64,000 nt of DNA, taken from the NCBI GenBank assembly GCA_904063045.1, contig CAJFCJ010000003.1, positions 248,001 through 312,000 on the forward strand, given 5' to 3'. The first letter of the stretch is position 1. Each line of letters starts with the position of its first letter. This DNA comes from Dimorphilus gyrociliatus (taxonomy: Eukaryota > Animalia > Annelida). The notes under the pieces were generated by a model. That model was not told the DNA's origin, did not search any database, and saw only the letters and a list, made by a program, of their open reading frames with translations. The translations under genes and the position numbers were made by a program. Below, piece by piece: positions 1 to 11,600 of the stretch.

Positions 1-2855
1 AGTACATTTTTCATAAAATCATATTCATTATTCATTTGTAAAAGAAAAAACAAATTCTCCTCTCATTTGTTCCTACATTTCGTTTGATAAATAAAAAATG
101 TATCCCTTGTTTTTTTATTAGAACCAAACATTCTAAAAAGAAATGTACCATTCAGGATTATAGAACGTTAATTGTTCTTTTGAGTTCAGTTACCTCTTTT
201 ATTCAAGTAATATTAGTTTAATAAATACTAACAGTCTAAGCCTTATAAAAACAATAAGCTGTTTTCATTAAACTTTTCCACCTTTTTCTACTGGTTCTTG
301 TCTTTTATTCATTGTAATCAGTAATAATTGATAAACATCCAATAATTCAAACGACTGGTATTCGTTCAATTCGTCTAACGTTCCGTCGAGTGTAAAAAGA
401 GAGTATTGCTATGAGAATTGGAAGTTCGTAGTAAAGTTAGCTGAGAAAAACGGTATATATATATAATAGGGAATGATTGTTCGATTAAGGAATGTATGCA
501 TTCGACTCGATGAAAAGATGAATAAAAGTTAATATGAACAAAAAAGCGGCATTTTCTTCTTTATCTTTTTTGTTTTAAGCTCCTTTTTCATAAATTAATT
601 GACCGGAAAGAAGAGTTGAAACATGTGGTTATTTCTCTTTTAGGCTATCTTTCAAATGGAATTTTTATGAATATTCATTCATATTTTTACGGTGTAAGAC
701 AAAAAGCTCGTAATAATTTATATAATAGGATAAAGACGACGTGTATATATTATAGATAAAAGGGTTGTGTTCATGTATACGATATATATATATACATATA
801 TACAGTATATAGGTGCGTGCCTGGTATGCACAGTAGTACGTACATACAAATATATATATATATATATTTATGGGAACAAATTGTCCTCTAGTTTTTCAGC
901 AACAATTCAGAATTGTCCAATCGATAGTGTTTTCACCCTCTGTTTATCCAAATAGCCTCACAATAGGATAGAGTATAGATAAACATGGATCACTGATACT
1001 AAAAATGGCACGAATTCATATGAATATTTGAATATTTTTACCCCAAACCTAGATAGACCCAATGTTTAGTTAATTCTTGTATATTGGAAAAAAAAAATGT
1101 CCTCTCTTCAACTCAAATAAAAATTTACTCATCTAGTTTACATTGTAATTAGTTATTTAGTTTGTTTTTCCGTTCAAATTACACGACTTGAACAGAATTC
1201 ATTTCTCTTCTTAGAATATTATTACAATTTTAAATACGCTTTTATTGAATAATGTTCAAGTTACAAATGTTTCTTTTCTATAATAAATTATGTGGGATGA
1301 TTTCTTTCATGTTTTGTCTTTCTCCTTCTTCCTCGCCGTCTTACTCGCTATACTTGAATGATACAGACAGAAGCGACATATTGTACATGTTTACTAGCGC
1401 ACCTACAGCTAAAATTGTTTATTATACAATTCTATACAGTCTAATGAAATAATATCACTTTACAAAAATTACTTTCTTTCTTCTCTTTCGTTGTATTCAT
1501 TAATAGAAATAAATAAATTGATAAGATTAATATGAATATTCATAAGCCTGTTATTTAGTATATCTAGCATAACTGAAGCTCATATTCTTGACGTGTTAAT
1601 GTAAATATTTTTTGTAATTAGGCCTTCAGCACCTAATCAATATGGATGTGTATGTTTACCTTCGCTATTCAGAGGCATCTGTAATAGACAATTCGTAAAT
1701 GAAAAATGGATCAATTGTGCGTGCTAAGTTGATCCTAGGTAATTTCGACATGTAAAGGAGAAAGCTTGGCAAGTAGCAAATCAAACAACTTGAATGGCAA
1801 TATGGAAAGAGAAGATGATAGGGATATCGTCAGTAGGTAAACAAAGGAGAGAATGAAGGAGTAGATAGATAGGAAGGGAGGGAGGGACAGAAGGAGAGAG
1901 GGGCGGGAGACTACGACAAAGTGAGTGAATAAATAAGTGGGCAAGAGAAGAAGGAATGAAAGAGAGGATTGAATGAGGAAGGAAGTAAGCATGCAGAGAA
2001 AGAGAAAACAATTGCGCAATACATTTAATTATACCGGTATTTTCTAGAAAATTTATTATTCGTTTGTCATTATATAACTAAATAGGTAAAGTAAACATGT
2101 TTAGGATTTTATTGTTTTGAATAGGATTAATCAAAATAAATAGTAATTATTTTCTCTGTAAATGTACATGCTGTTGGTACATCTACTGCTTTATTAGTCA
2201 ATAGAATTAATCAAATTAATTCCCTCATTTGCATATTTTTTATTCAGAGAGCGAATAATAATAATAGAGGAAGATAAAAGGGAATAAAGTTGCTTATTTT
2301 TTTCACTTGTTTACCCAAACCATCGGATAAAAGATAATTAAGATGGAAAATTTATCGTAATCCGATAGGGCATACAAAATACACATCTGTGCCGTATAGC
2401 CCCTCTTTTTTTTCTTTCCATTTCATGAATATTAATTCTTTGCCGCCCTCAATTAGACGCACATTTTCGTGCCGCCATACATTTTGCTCCATTGAAATCG
2501 CTCCCCTCTAATCCTCTTATACCCTTAATCCTTAGGGGTGTTCGATTGACTGGGTGAAAAGTTCGTCGAATGCTTATTTTACCGATTCTAAATAAAATAG
2601 AAGCGGCTGCGAGAAAGGTAAAGAAAAAAAATCGAAAGAAAGACGGCTTTATAAATTATTTGGTGCAGGTGTTAGTTTTACTCTTGTAAAGTTTGTATGT
2701 AAATGAAGCAGTTTTCGGATCAGTACTTGATAAGATTTATGGTTTGTATTTGATAATGTCGTTTTCCATAAATTACTTAGCAAATAACTCAACTTTCTAT
2801 ATATATGTGCATAATGTATTTATCGTTAAACAGTCTTTATTTCTCTGTCTGTGAG

Positions 2856-2886
<31 letters not shown>

Positions 2887-5800
2887 CTATCTATCTATCT
2901 ATCCCTCTAGCTATCTATCTTTCTTTAATTCTTTCTCTACCTCTGCCTACCCCTCTCTCTTTCACCGCGTTTACCACCTTCCTTTTCTTTATTGGTTGAA
3001 ATTAGATACTTGGAAAGATAGATAAACGCAAGGACAGGATTATCAGATGGAATTTTACGTGTTTCTTTGAAGAAATAGAGGAGTAATTCCAGTAAATTCT
3101 GCTGGTATAAATTGCTCCAAGATGCAGTTTTGGATAGAATGAAAGAAAATACGAAGAATTTACAGTTAAATAAACTAAAATTGGTTACAATTAAGCCTGA
3201 TTTTCATTAGGAAATTGTAATTACATATGAAACATAGTTGATTTAGAATTACTGATTTTATGACGTACAAGAGAACTAGATAGAGAATAAAGACTAATTT
3301 TTCATTGAACTATACTTGCTTTCTTTGGACTCTTCTAGCCAACCCCTTTCTCCTTTAGTCCTCTCCCCATTCTCTTTTAAATATTCCATAATTGCCCCCT
3401 AATTTTCAAGTAATGTTCATTGGGAAACCATCCAATAGAAAATGAACTACTAGTCCTTTTTCTTGAAAAATAATAGTTATTTAACATGGGAATAAGAATA
3501 AAAAAAAAACAACTAAAGCTTAATTATATCATGAACGAATTTCAATTAGAAATAGGAGAAGCTTATTCTGCAACATCGTGACAACAGATAAACTTTTCAT
3601 TAAATCCTTTCTTTCTGCTCTATTTAACAGATTGAACAATATAAAAAATTGACATTTTCGTTACTTGAATATTCAATTAAAAAAAGGAAAAGAAATACTT
3701 TTTCCCCAACAAAAACAATGTATCGTTACTTGATAAAGAAAATTGATTAATTGTTATTTTTTCGGTCAGTTTATATCTTCAAGTTGTTATACTTCCGTCG
3801 GTTTTCGTAGCTTCTATTTGTCTATGTTTTTCTTTTATTCCTCTTCATCGGTTTCTGTATTCCCCGTCGGCACCCTTCATTTCTGTTTATCCCTCTCCCT
3901 GTTACGTATCACTCACTAGCTGTATATTTCCAGTTGGCGTTGAATCTTTTACGATTTCTCCTTATCCTTCTTTGAGTTCTCTATATCGCGATTTTTCATT
4001 CTTTTATTACTTCCTTTTGTGTTGGTTAAGTAGTGAATTCAACGATTAATTTTACTTAAGCGATCATTAATGGGTTAGCCTTTTTTTTAAATATTAATAA
4101 TCGCCTTTTAAAAGTTGAATGAGATCTTAATCACTATGCAAATAACGCGAATCGGAATACGGTTGAAAAATCTATGATTAGCTTGAATGTAAATGATTAT
4201 AGAAGAATATCCTAATAGAGAGACTTTATTTTGTCAAAATTTTGGCAGTGATTCGCTAAAAATACTCTTCTCTTTGACATTTTAATCTCTTTAGCGTAGT
4301 AGATTGAGAAATTAAGGTAATTTCTTGGAAAGCGATCTGATTATTTTTAACTAGAAAGTATACAACCGTATTTTGATGTATAGAAAGCTAAACTTTATTC
4401 CAGCTTCTATTATCCTTTAAAAGAGTTGTCTTTAATTATCAAACCAACCAATACGTTCTCTTCAAACTTTCCTTCTACGATATCAATTTCGTGTTTAGCG
4501 TAAAGACGGCAGTATTTAGCTTTTATATACAATTTGCATATTTATTCTGTTAATCCCTTGCCGACTCGCCTACCAAGCAGGCGATAATGCAATAATTTAA
4601 TGATAATCCGGAAACATCGTAGTTAAAGGATTAGCTTACGTTTACTAATCTCCCTTATTATCGGATTACAACTGTCTTTCGTAATTAACAAAGGAGAAAA
4701 TTGATGAAGAGCATGAGTAGTTATGCAGAAAAGCAATAGACGTATCGGGTGTCAAACACCATCTTTAAGCAGTTGCGTAGGCGTCTATAAAGGATTAATT
4801 GCCTCGGGGAAAGGGAAAAAACTATTCAAACTTGATACTGTGATTAATGTAACATTTCTCCTAAATGAAACTCGGAAAATGTTACGATTTGAACGCGATT
4901 TCCTGAAGATAATTAATATTTAAGAGCCTCTCTCTATTTCGTTGAACTTCAATACTTGAGTTATATTCAAAAATAAGAAAATTAAAAGAAATACTACAGA
5001 TTAAAATAACTTGAAGGAGATAAGAAGAGAGAGGTAGATAGACAGATAAAAGAGAGACAGAGAGACAGAGAGAGACAGAGAGAAAGAAAGGAAGAAAGAG
5101 AAGAAAAGAGTGAGATGGAGAGATAATAATGAAAAAATTGAAAGAAAACGACGACTGTATAGTTTAAAAAACCAAATTTTTCAATAGGAACAATAGATAA
5201 AAATATCTCTAATAATTTTCAGAAGGTGAAGAAGAAGAAGAAGAAGAAGAAAATCGTAGATTAGGTAATATTCCCACTAGTATATCTTAATTATCAACTA
5301 ATAATAAAGAAAAAGCTAATAAGAGGTATTGAAATACTTGTGTAAACAAACAAAAAGTTTTTTATTTCAAAGTACAAATAGAAAAAAGCAAGGAGAGAGA
5401 GAGAGAGAGAGAAAGAGAGAAGGAAGAAATATAGCTGGAAATTAGCTATTTGCATTTCCATGTCATACTTCAATTAGAATTGGATAAAAGTTACGACTCT
5501 TCTCTCATCCTAAGCATACCATAGAAAATTCCTCTTTGGCATTACAAGCTAAATAGTTTTATTATATCTATAAATTCCCATTATATATATATACATATAT
5601 ATTACAGTTGTTGATAAAATTAAATGATTCAGATCAAAGGTGTAGGATTTTTTTTCAATTTTCTCTGCTCATTTGTTTGCGTTAAATACAGAGTTTGAGT
5701 GAGAAAAGATATTGAAAACAGAGAGAGAGAGAGAGAGGGGGGGGGGATAGACAGAGGAAAAAAACAAAAAGTACAGAGAATATATTATTTAATTAGCCTC

Positions 5801-7505
5801 TTTTTTTCGTTTGCGATTCATTGAGTAACACGTGTGCTCTCTTGAATACTTGAAAATACTCTTTATCTACTAATAATAAAATTAATTAAAGTAACATCAT
5901 GATAAATTAATACACTATTTTCAAAGGCTATAGGGGCTAGGGGGAGGAAAGGGGGAGTATCTGATTTCAAATAACGCTGTTTTACAAATGAAAACATAGT
6001 TGATTATCCTTCGTAAAAGGGCGGGATCTTTGAGAAGGTGTAAAGGGGTCAATTGTAAACGTTTCCTTTGAAAAGGGAAAAATGGGTAGGAAGGGAATTA
6101 TAGTGCCGGATCGTCACTTTCCCATAACAATTAAAAGCGACAAAGCGGGCATCAATCACAAATCAGTAAAAAATACGCGTCGCCCAGCAGGCGTCTGAAC
6201 TAACAATGTTTATTCATTTTCGATATCGTCCTTAATGAGGCGTTTTCCTTTCCAAAAATAAAAAAATAAAAGGAAATAACAATAAGGCAAGTGATTTTAA
6301 AATCAGATTTGAATTACGACAAAACAATAGAAACAACTAAAAGAATTTTTCCTTTCTTCCTTAATTAGTTTTTGAATTCTTTACTCTTTAAAAAATGAAG
6401 AAAAAGGAAGAAAGAGCAACGAAAAGACAGGGAAAGAATGATAAAAAAGAGCAGCCTTGCATTAAGTGCATAATCAAACGCTGCCGACATCAATTTTTTT
6501 TCTATTAACCTTTACATTACAGGTGAGCGTGCTTTGTCGCACCTTGTCATTGTTGTTGATATATTTAACATTTCAGAGATGGCGCCTTTATACAATTTGT
6601 AATTCATCTTTGCCACAATACAAATTGAGAATAGTAGAGAAGGGCGAACGGTAGTTCCACCTACCGGTAACTTTATAGAGAGAAGAGAAGAAGTAGATAG
6701 TAAAGAGTAAAAAGTGTTACAATATAATCATTAAATAGATGTTTATTTTAAGAACAAATTTTTTTTTATCACAAATGGGCCCATACCAGCACCATATCAC
6801 ACTAACAACATCAAATATATCATCATCACAAAATAGACAATTTACAATTTTTTACAGTAAAATTCATATTTAGAAAAAAGAAAATAAAAAGAAAAAAAAG
6901 AGAAATAAAATGGAAAAACAGTTTCTTTTCTTTCCCCATTGATTTTTTATGATTTTTCGTCTTTTTTCATCCTTTTTTTCCCCCCTTCTTTTCCCTTTTT
7001 CAGATTTAAAATCAATATAAAAAAAAAACTTATCCAAAAAACGTTTCGTAACATTTTGTACACATTGCAGTTCGTTTTTAATAGATTTTACTAATATAGG
7101 TAAACATACATTACATACAAAAAAGACATATATACTCATACATACATATTTATAAGTTTATTAATTTGTCTGCATGTGCAAAATAATACCAAGTGTTTTT
7201 ACTTTGTTTCTTTGTTTTAAAGTATTAAAAATATTCTTTAAGGTTGAGAAAAACCTTTTCGTACAGTTATATATTAGGTTAGATATCGTTTATTTATATA
7301 TGTACATACTCTTCTTTTTGTCACAATTTTGGATTAAATTGTTTTATTTGTAAATAAAAAATAAACGCCTTTTTGTTTAGGATTAATTCCGCGGCATCTG
7401 CATTTCTCTGCAGGTCTGTATCAGCCACAGAAAACTGATAAAAGAGAAGTGTTTTATTTTGATTTTTTTGTTTGTTTTTAACTATATAACTATCTTTCTC
7501 TTTTA

Positions 7506-7556
<51 letters not shown>

Positions 7557-7582
7557 GCTCTCGCTCTCTCTCTCTCTCTTTC
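7506..7582. repeat. (CT/AG)n microsatellite, one of many (also ~2856-2900, 24594-24637, 27153-27184, 46878-46960)
   Basis: Direct reading. These tracts generate most of the spurious SL/RE-repeat ORFs in the track. Confidence 0.9.
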
Positions 7583-8013
7583 TCTGCATATATAAATATA
7601 CAAAGAAAAACAATCACATTGAGGTAGGAAAATATACATGTCTCCTCTATATATACTGTAGATGTATATATATATATATATATAGATATATAATATATAA
7701 CTATATATATATATATCTATACTAAGAAAAAGTCAGCCATTTTCTTCTTCTTCTTCGCTTAGTTATCTAACTTTAAGAAAAAATAAATATCATGAGCAAA
7801 AACATTGTTAATTTAAACTCTTATCTCCTTCCTTTCTTTATTAATTTTTAATATTTTTTTGTTTTTTTAAAAAAAAAATGGAATCTTTTTTTTCTCTTTT
7901 AAGGAAAAACTCTTTATTTAATTTTATTACGTTTTTGTTTCTTCTTTAGATAATTAATTAAAATGATAAAACTGTTGTTGATAATATCGTTGCTGTTGAC
8001 GGTGATATTTTCT

Positions 8014-8616
8014 TTAGTAGAATGTATCCATTGATTTACATCGCTCGTGTAATGCTTGTAATGTTCCTGGACCAGTCTTTCTTTCTCTTCTTCTCCTTGG
8101 CGATAGTGGTGGCGATTTTGCTCCCGTTACGCTCTTCGTTCTATTCACTGCCAGTCTATTTCCTTGCAATTGTTGAGCACTCATTGTTCTTGAGGCTATC
8201 TGCTTTGATAAGGGAATTTCAAATGTATTTTTCAATACTTTATCCTGACTAAGATGTGACGGTAAAGACATGATAGAATCAGTAGTCCTTACAGAATCTA
8301 AACCGGCAATAACGGCTGGTGAGAAATTTCCGTGTGAAATTTCAATAGCTGAATGGCACGATTCGGCGTTTCGCTTTTCATCTATAGACTTTTCAGGTTC
8401 CGGAATTGGTACTAGCGGTTTCTCTTTTAATTCTTTCTTTTCCTCCGTCTCCTCCTTTTCACTCTCCCTCGGTTCTTCGGGAATTGTTGATTTATGAGCA
8501 AGACCACCTTCGTCGTCACTAGAATCGCTAAGATCTGCAGTTGCGTCGGGACGTCGCTTCCGTAACGCCTCTTTATAATTTTCTTGCGATTCTTTCAAAT
8601 GAGTCATCCAAATAGC
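8014..8616 (-). CDS. RhoGEF terminal coding exon (PH C-terminal helix plus low-complexity tail)
   Basis: Acceptor aatacag at 8617-8618, phase 0, open to TAA at 8014. Matches the 197-aa ORF in the track. Confidence 0.88.
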   Translation of the reverse strand, partial: AIWMTHLKESQENYKEALRKRRPDATADLSDSSDDEGGLAHKSTIPEEPRESEKEETEEKKELKEKPLVPIPEPEKSIDEKRNAESCHSAIEISHGNFSPAVIAGLDSVRTTDSIMSLPSHLSQDKVLKNTFEIPLSKQIASRTMSAQQLQGNRLAVNRTKSVTGAKSPPLSPRRRRERKTGPGTLQALHERCKSMDTFY

Positions 8617-11600
8617 CTGTATTATTTTAGAATTAAACGCATATTGAGTTGCAAACTTTAAGAGAGAATTTATCCTTTTTTGTGACTTTTATCTGTTCTG
8701 TGAAACGACTCAGTGCGAAAAAAAAAAAAATTAATAAACCATCATTTTTTCATTGCTTTTTATGCTATTTGCGTGTGTGAAAAGTTTGTTTTTCCTCTTA
8801 TAAACATCCTCACACGAATTGCATATACGACTAACAAGTATGTAGTGTTAAGGGCAATTACCTTGGCGGCTTCGTTTGGGGCTTGGAGGGTATAGACGCC
8901 GATTATTTGTTGGAATCTTGATATATGTACAATGACGAAGGCGTTCTTGAGCACGTTGGCTGTGGAGAGACAGCCGAAAAATAAGTTCGGTTGTCTTACA
9001 CAATCGTCTTCAGCCGCCACCTGCGAGGCCAAATCGAGGTCGTCGTAAGACGAGACTGTGTGAACTCCACACTCCCAGAATTCCCAAAGACCTGTGAAAA
9101 GGAATTGGGAAGTCTAGTCTTTCTGTTTTTCTAAACATTTGGCTCAATTTTTCTCTCTTACTAAAACAGAATTTGGTTTGGTTTTGTTTGTTTTTTTTAA
9201 AGTTTTTTTTCCATTAATTGGTGAAAGATAGACAATGACAACACGAGGCTAGGGCAAGAACTTTGGCCTAATTTAAGCAGGTAGCAGGGTCAGACACAAT
9301 AATAATTTTCAATGCTCCATAAAGTTATTTTTGACTGTTTCTAAAGCATTGAACGGTGTTCTTACTCGATTTAGGTGATCCACTTACCTGGGGTATCCGG
9401 TGGGTGAACATCGTGTAACGTAAACCGATCCAAAGCTATCGGTTGTTTATGAACAACAAATATTGCGCCATCTGTATGAGGTTTAGCGCATAACAGGTGG
9501 CTTTCAGGTAGGCTGTTTTTCTGTTGTTTTTGTTGTTATTTAGTTGATTTTGTAAGAAAAAAACAATTTATTCAAAAAAGATACAAAAGAATTAGAAGAA
9601 GGAAAAGGAGAGAGAGAGAGAAGAGGAAGAAGAGAAAAAAGAAAACAAAGACTTACATAATGTTTTCTCGGCGCCTTCTTTACTCTAGTTAAAAGCAGAA
9701 TATCGTCGAAGAGGAACATGTACATTTCAACAGTCTTGGAAATTTCTAGTAAAATGGAAGAAAATAGGGAAAAGTTAAAAAATAAAACAGAGTAAAATAA
9801 TATAAATAACGAGTCATTTTAAGAGTAAAAGTACTTTTCTTTGTCTTAATAAGAGGCTGATCTGTAGCACGGTTTCTAGACTTATTCATCACAAGAGAAA
9901 TTAACCTACCTAATAGCGTTAATGGTCCTTCGTGCAGTAATTGCCTTTTAGGGCTGGCTAGTAACCTTTCGCACGGCTGTCTATGCAAAGTTGCCTTAAG
10001 GAACTGTAAAATTAAAATTTTTTTTATCAATTCTCGGCAAAGGCCTCACACTTTATAGAGCAAATCACACTCTCTCTTTTATTCCTTACCTCGGGGATGA
10101 AAGCTCTGGGATCCAATTCCGAAACAGGTTGCCAAATTATTTGCTGCTGTATTTCTTGAACGCGTTCGAAATTCTTTAACCATTTCATTTTGGCCTCGAG
10201 ATTTTCTATTAAAAAGAATTATAATACAAACGTTTTTCCTTATAATATTCATATATAGTTAAGTTTGTTATAGCAAACAAAACTATAAGTTAAGATATAT
10301 ATCCGCTAGGTGGTAGTACGGATATAGTTTTGCTATTGATATACAAAATAACGGTAATTAAAGATATTCTAAAGGATATTTCGGGACTGGTAGAAGCGTT
10401 TAATTACGAAAAAGTTGTTTTTCTTATTAATGAAAGAATGGACTGTTAGATTTTTACTCTTTTTGGTTAATTTTTTTTCCTTCGTCCTTTCAAAGTAATC
10501 TATAAAAGCATGCAAGAAGAACAAAGAGAGTCAGGTAGTATTTAACCTTGGCCCTTTCTGGAAGGGATCACTTTTTATTTTTCCTCTTCGTTTAAACATA
10601 AATAAGAGCTTTGTTCAATAAGGTTACTTTATAGTTCTTAACTAGTCGTTAGAGTTTTACGGCCAAAGAATAGGCATAATAAAGATATGCTATATACAGT
10701 TTATATATATATATATATCTATTTTATACGTCTAGCTTAAATAGAAGATGGATAAGGAAGGTTTTAGTGAAACTGAGTAGAAGAAGGGTAGATGATTAGT
10801 TTGGGGAAAAAGCCTAACAAATCGGTTTTGTTAGTATGAACTAATTAGTATAGCATTGCTGCTGACAAGATAGTCGTGAATTATGCAATGTCGAACTGAT
10901 TAGATTAGTATTTCCATTAGAAGGGAAGACGTAGATAAACTAAGTGTTAACGAATTGTCTTTGTCGTAAGCTTATTGGTTGTTGTTGTTGTTGTTTTTTC
11001 AAAACAAATAACGTATATATAAGGAGAAATATTGAAGAAACGTAAAATGAAATCTGCAGAGATTAATAAAATAGACTTAATTATGAGAGTCATTTTCAAG
11101 TTCTCTTGAATATTGAATGGCAAAAAGAGGATAAAAAAGAATTTAATTAAAGAAAATAAAAGAAAAGGTTGAGTGAGCGAATAAGTAAACGACTGACTGA
11201 CTGAGTGAGTGAGTAAGTTAGCGAGCGAGCCAGCAAGAGAGAAGGAGAAATAAAGGATTAAAACCCTTCTGTTTTTAATTGACTAAAATATGGTGAACTG
11301 AGTAGGAAAAAAAGAGAGGAACAAAGTGACTGAAACATTTAATAATAAATGTTATATTGCATTGATGAAATCCTATTCGTTTTCTTCATATTTTCAGAGA
11401 GAAAAGGATTTGATTTGAAATTGAGTAGGCACTTTCTAATTAAATCTTAAATGAGGTTAATATTCATATAGATAATTAAAAATTAGAAAACTGTCATATC
11501 TAGAACAAATGGAACATTTTAGAAACAAAAGTTTCTTTAATATTTGAATAATTAATTCATATTTCAGTTTTACAATAATAATTGCAAATACTCACTTAAA

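Noticed and set aside
268-4560. Scattered exon-like pieces near the left end (minus 268-408, 1345-1408, donor at 3915, ~4410-4535; plus 1739-1836)
   Set aside because: Phases do not chain together and no protein family is recognisable. A neighbouring gene cannot be excluded.
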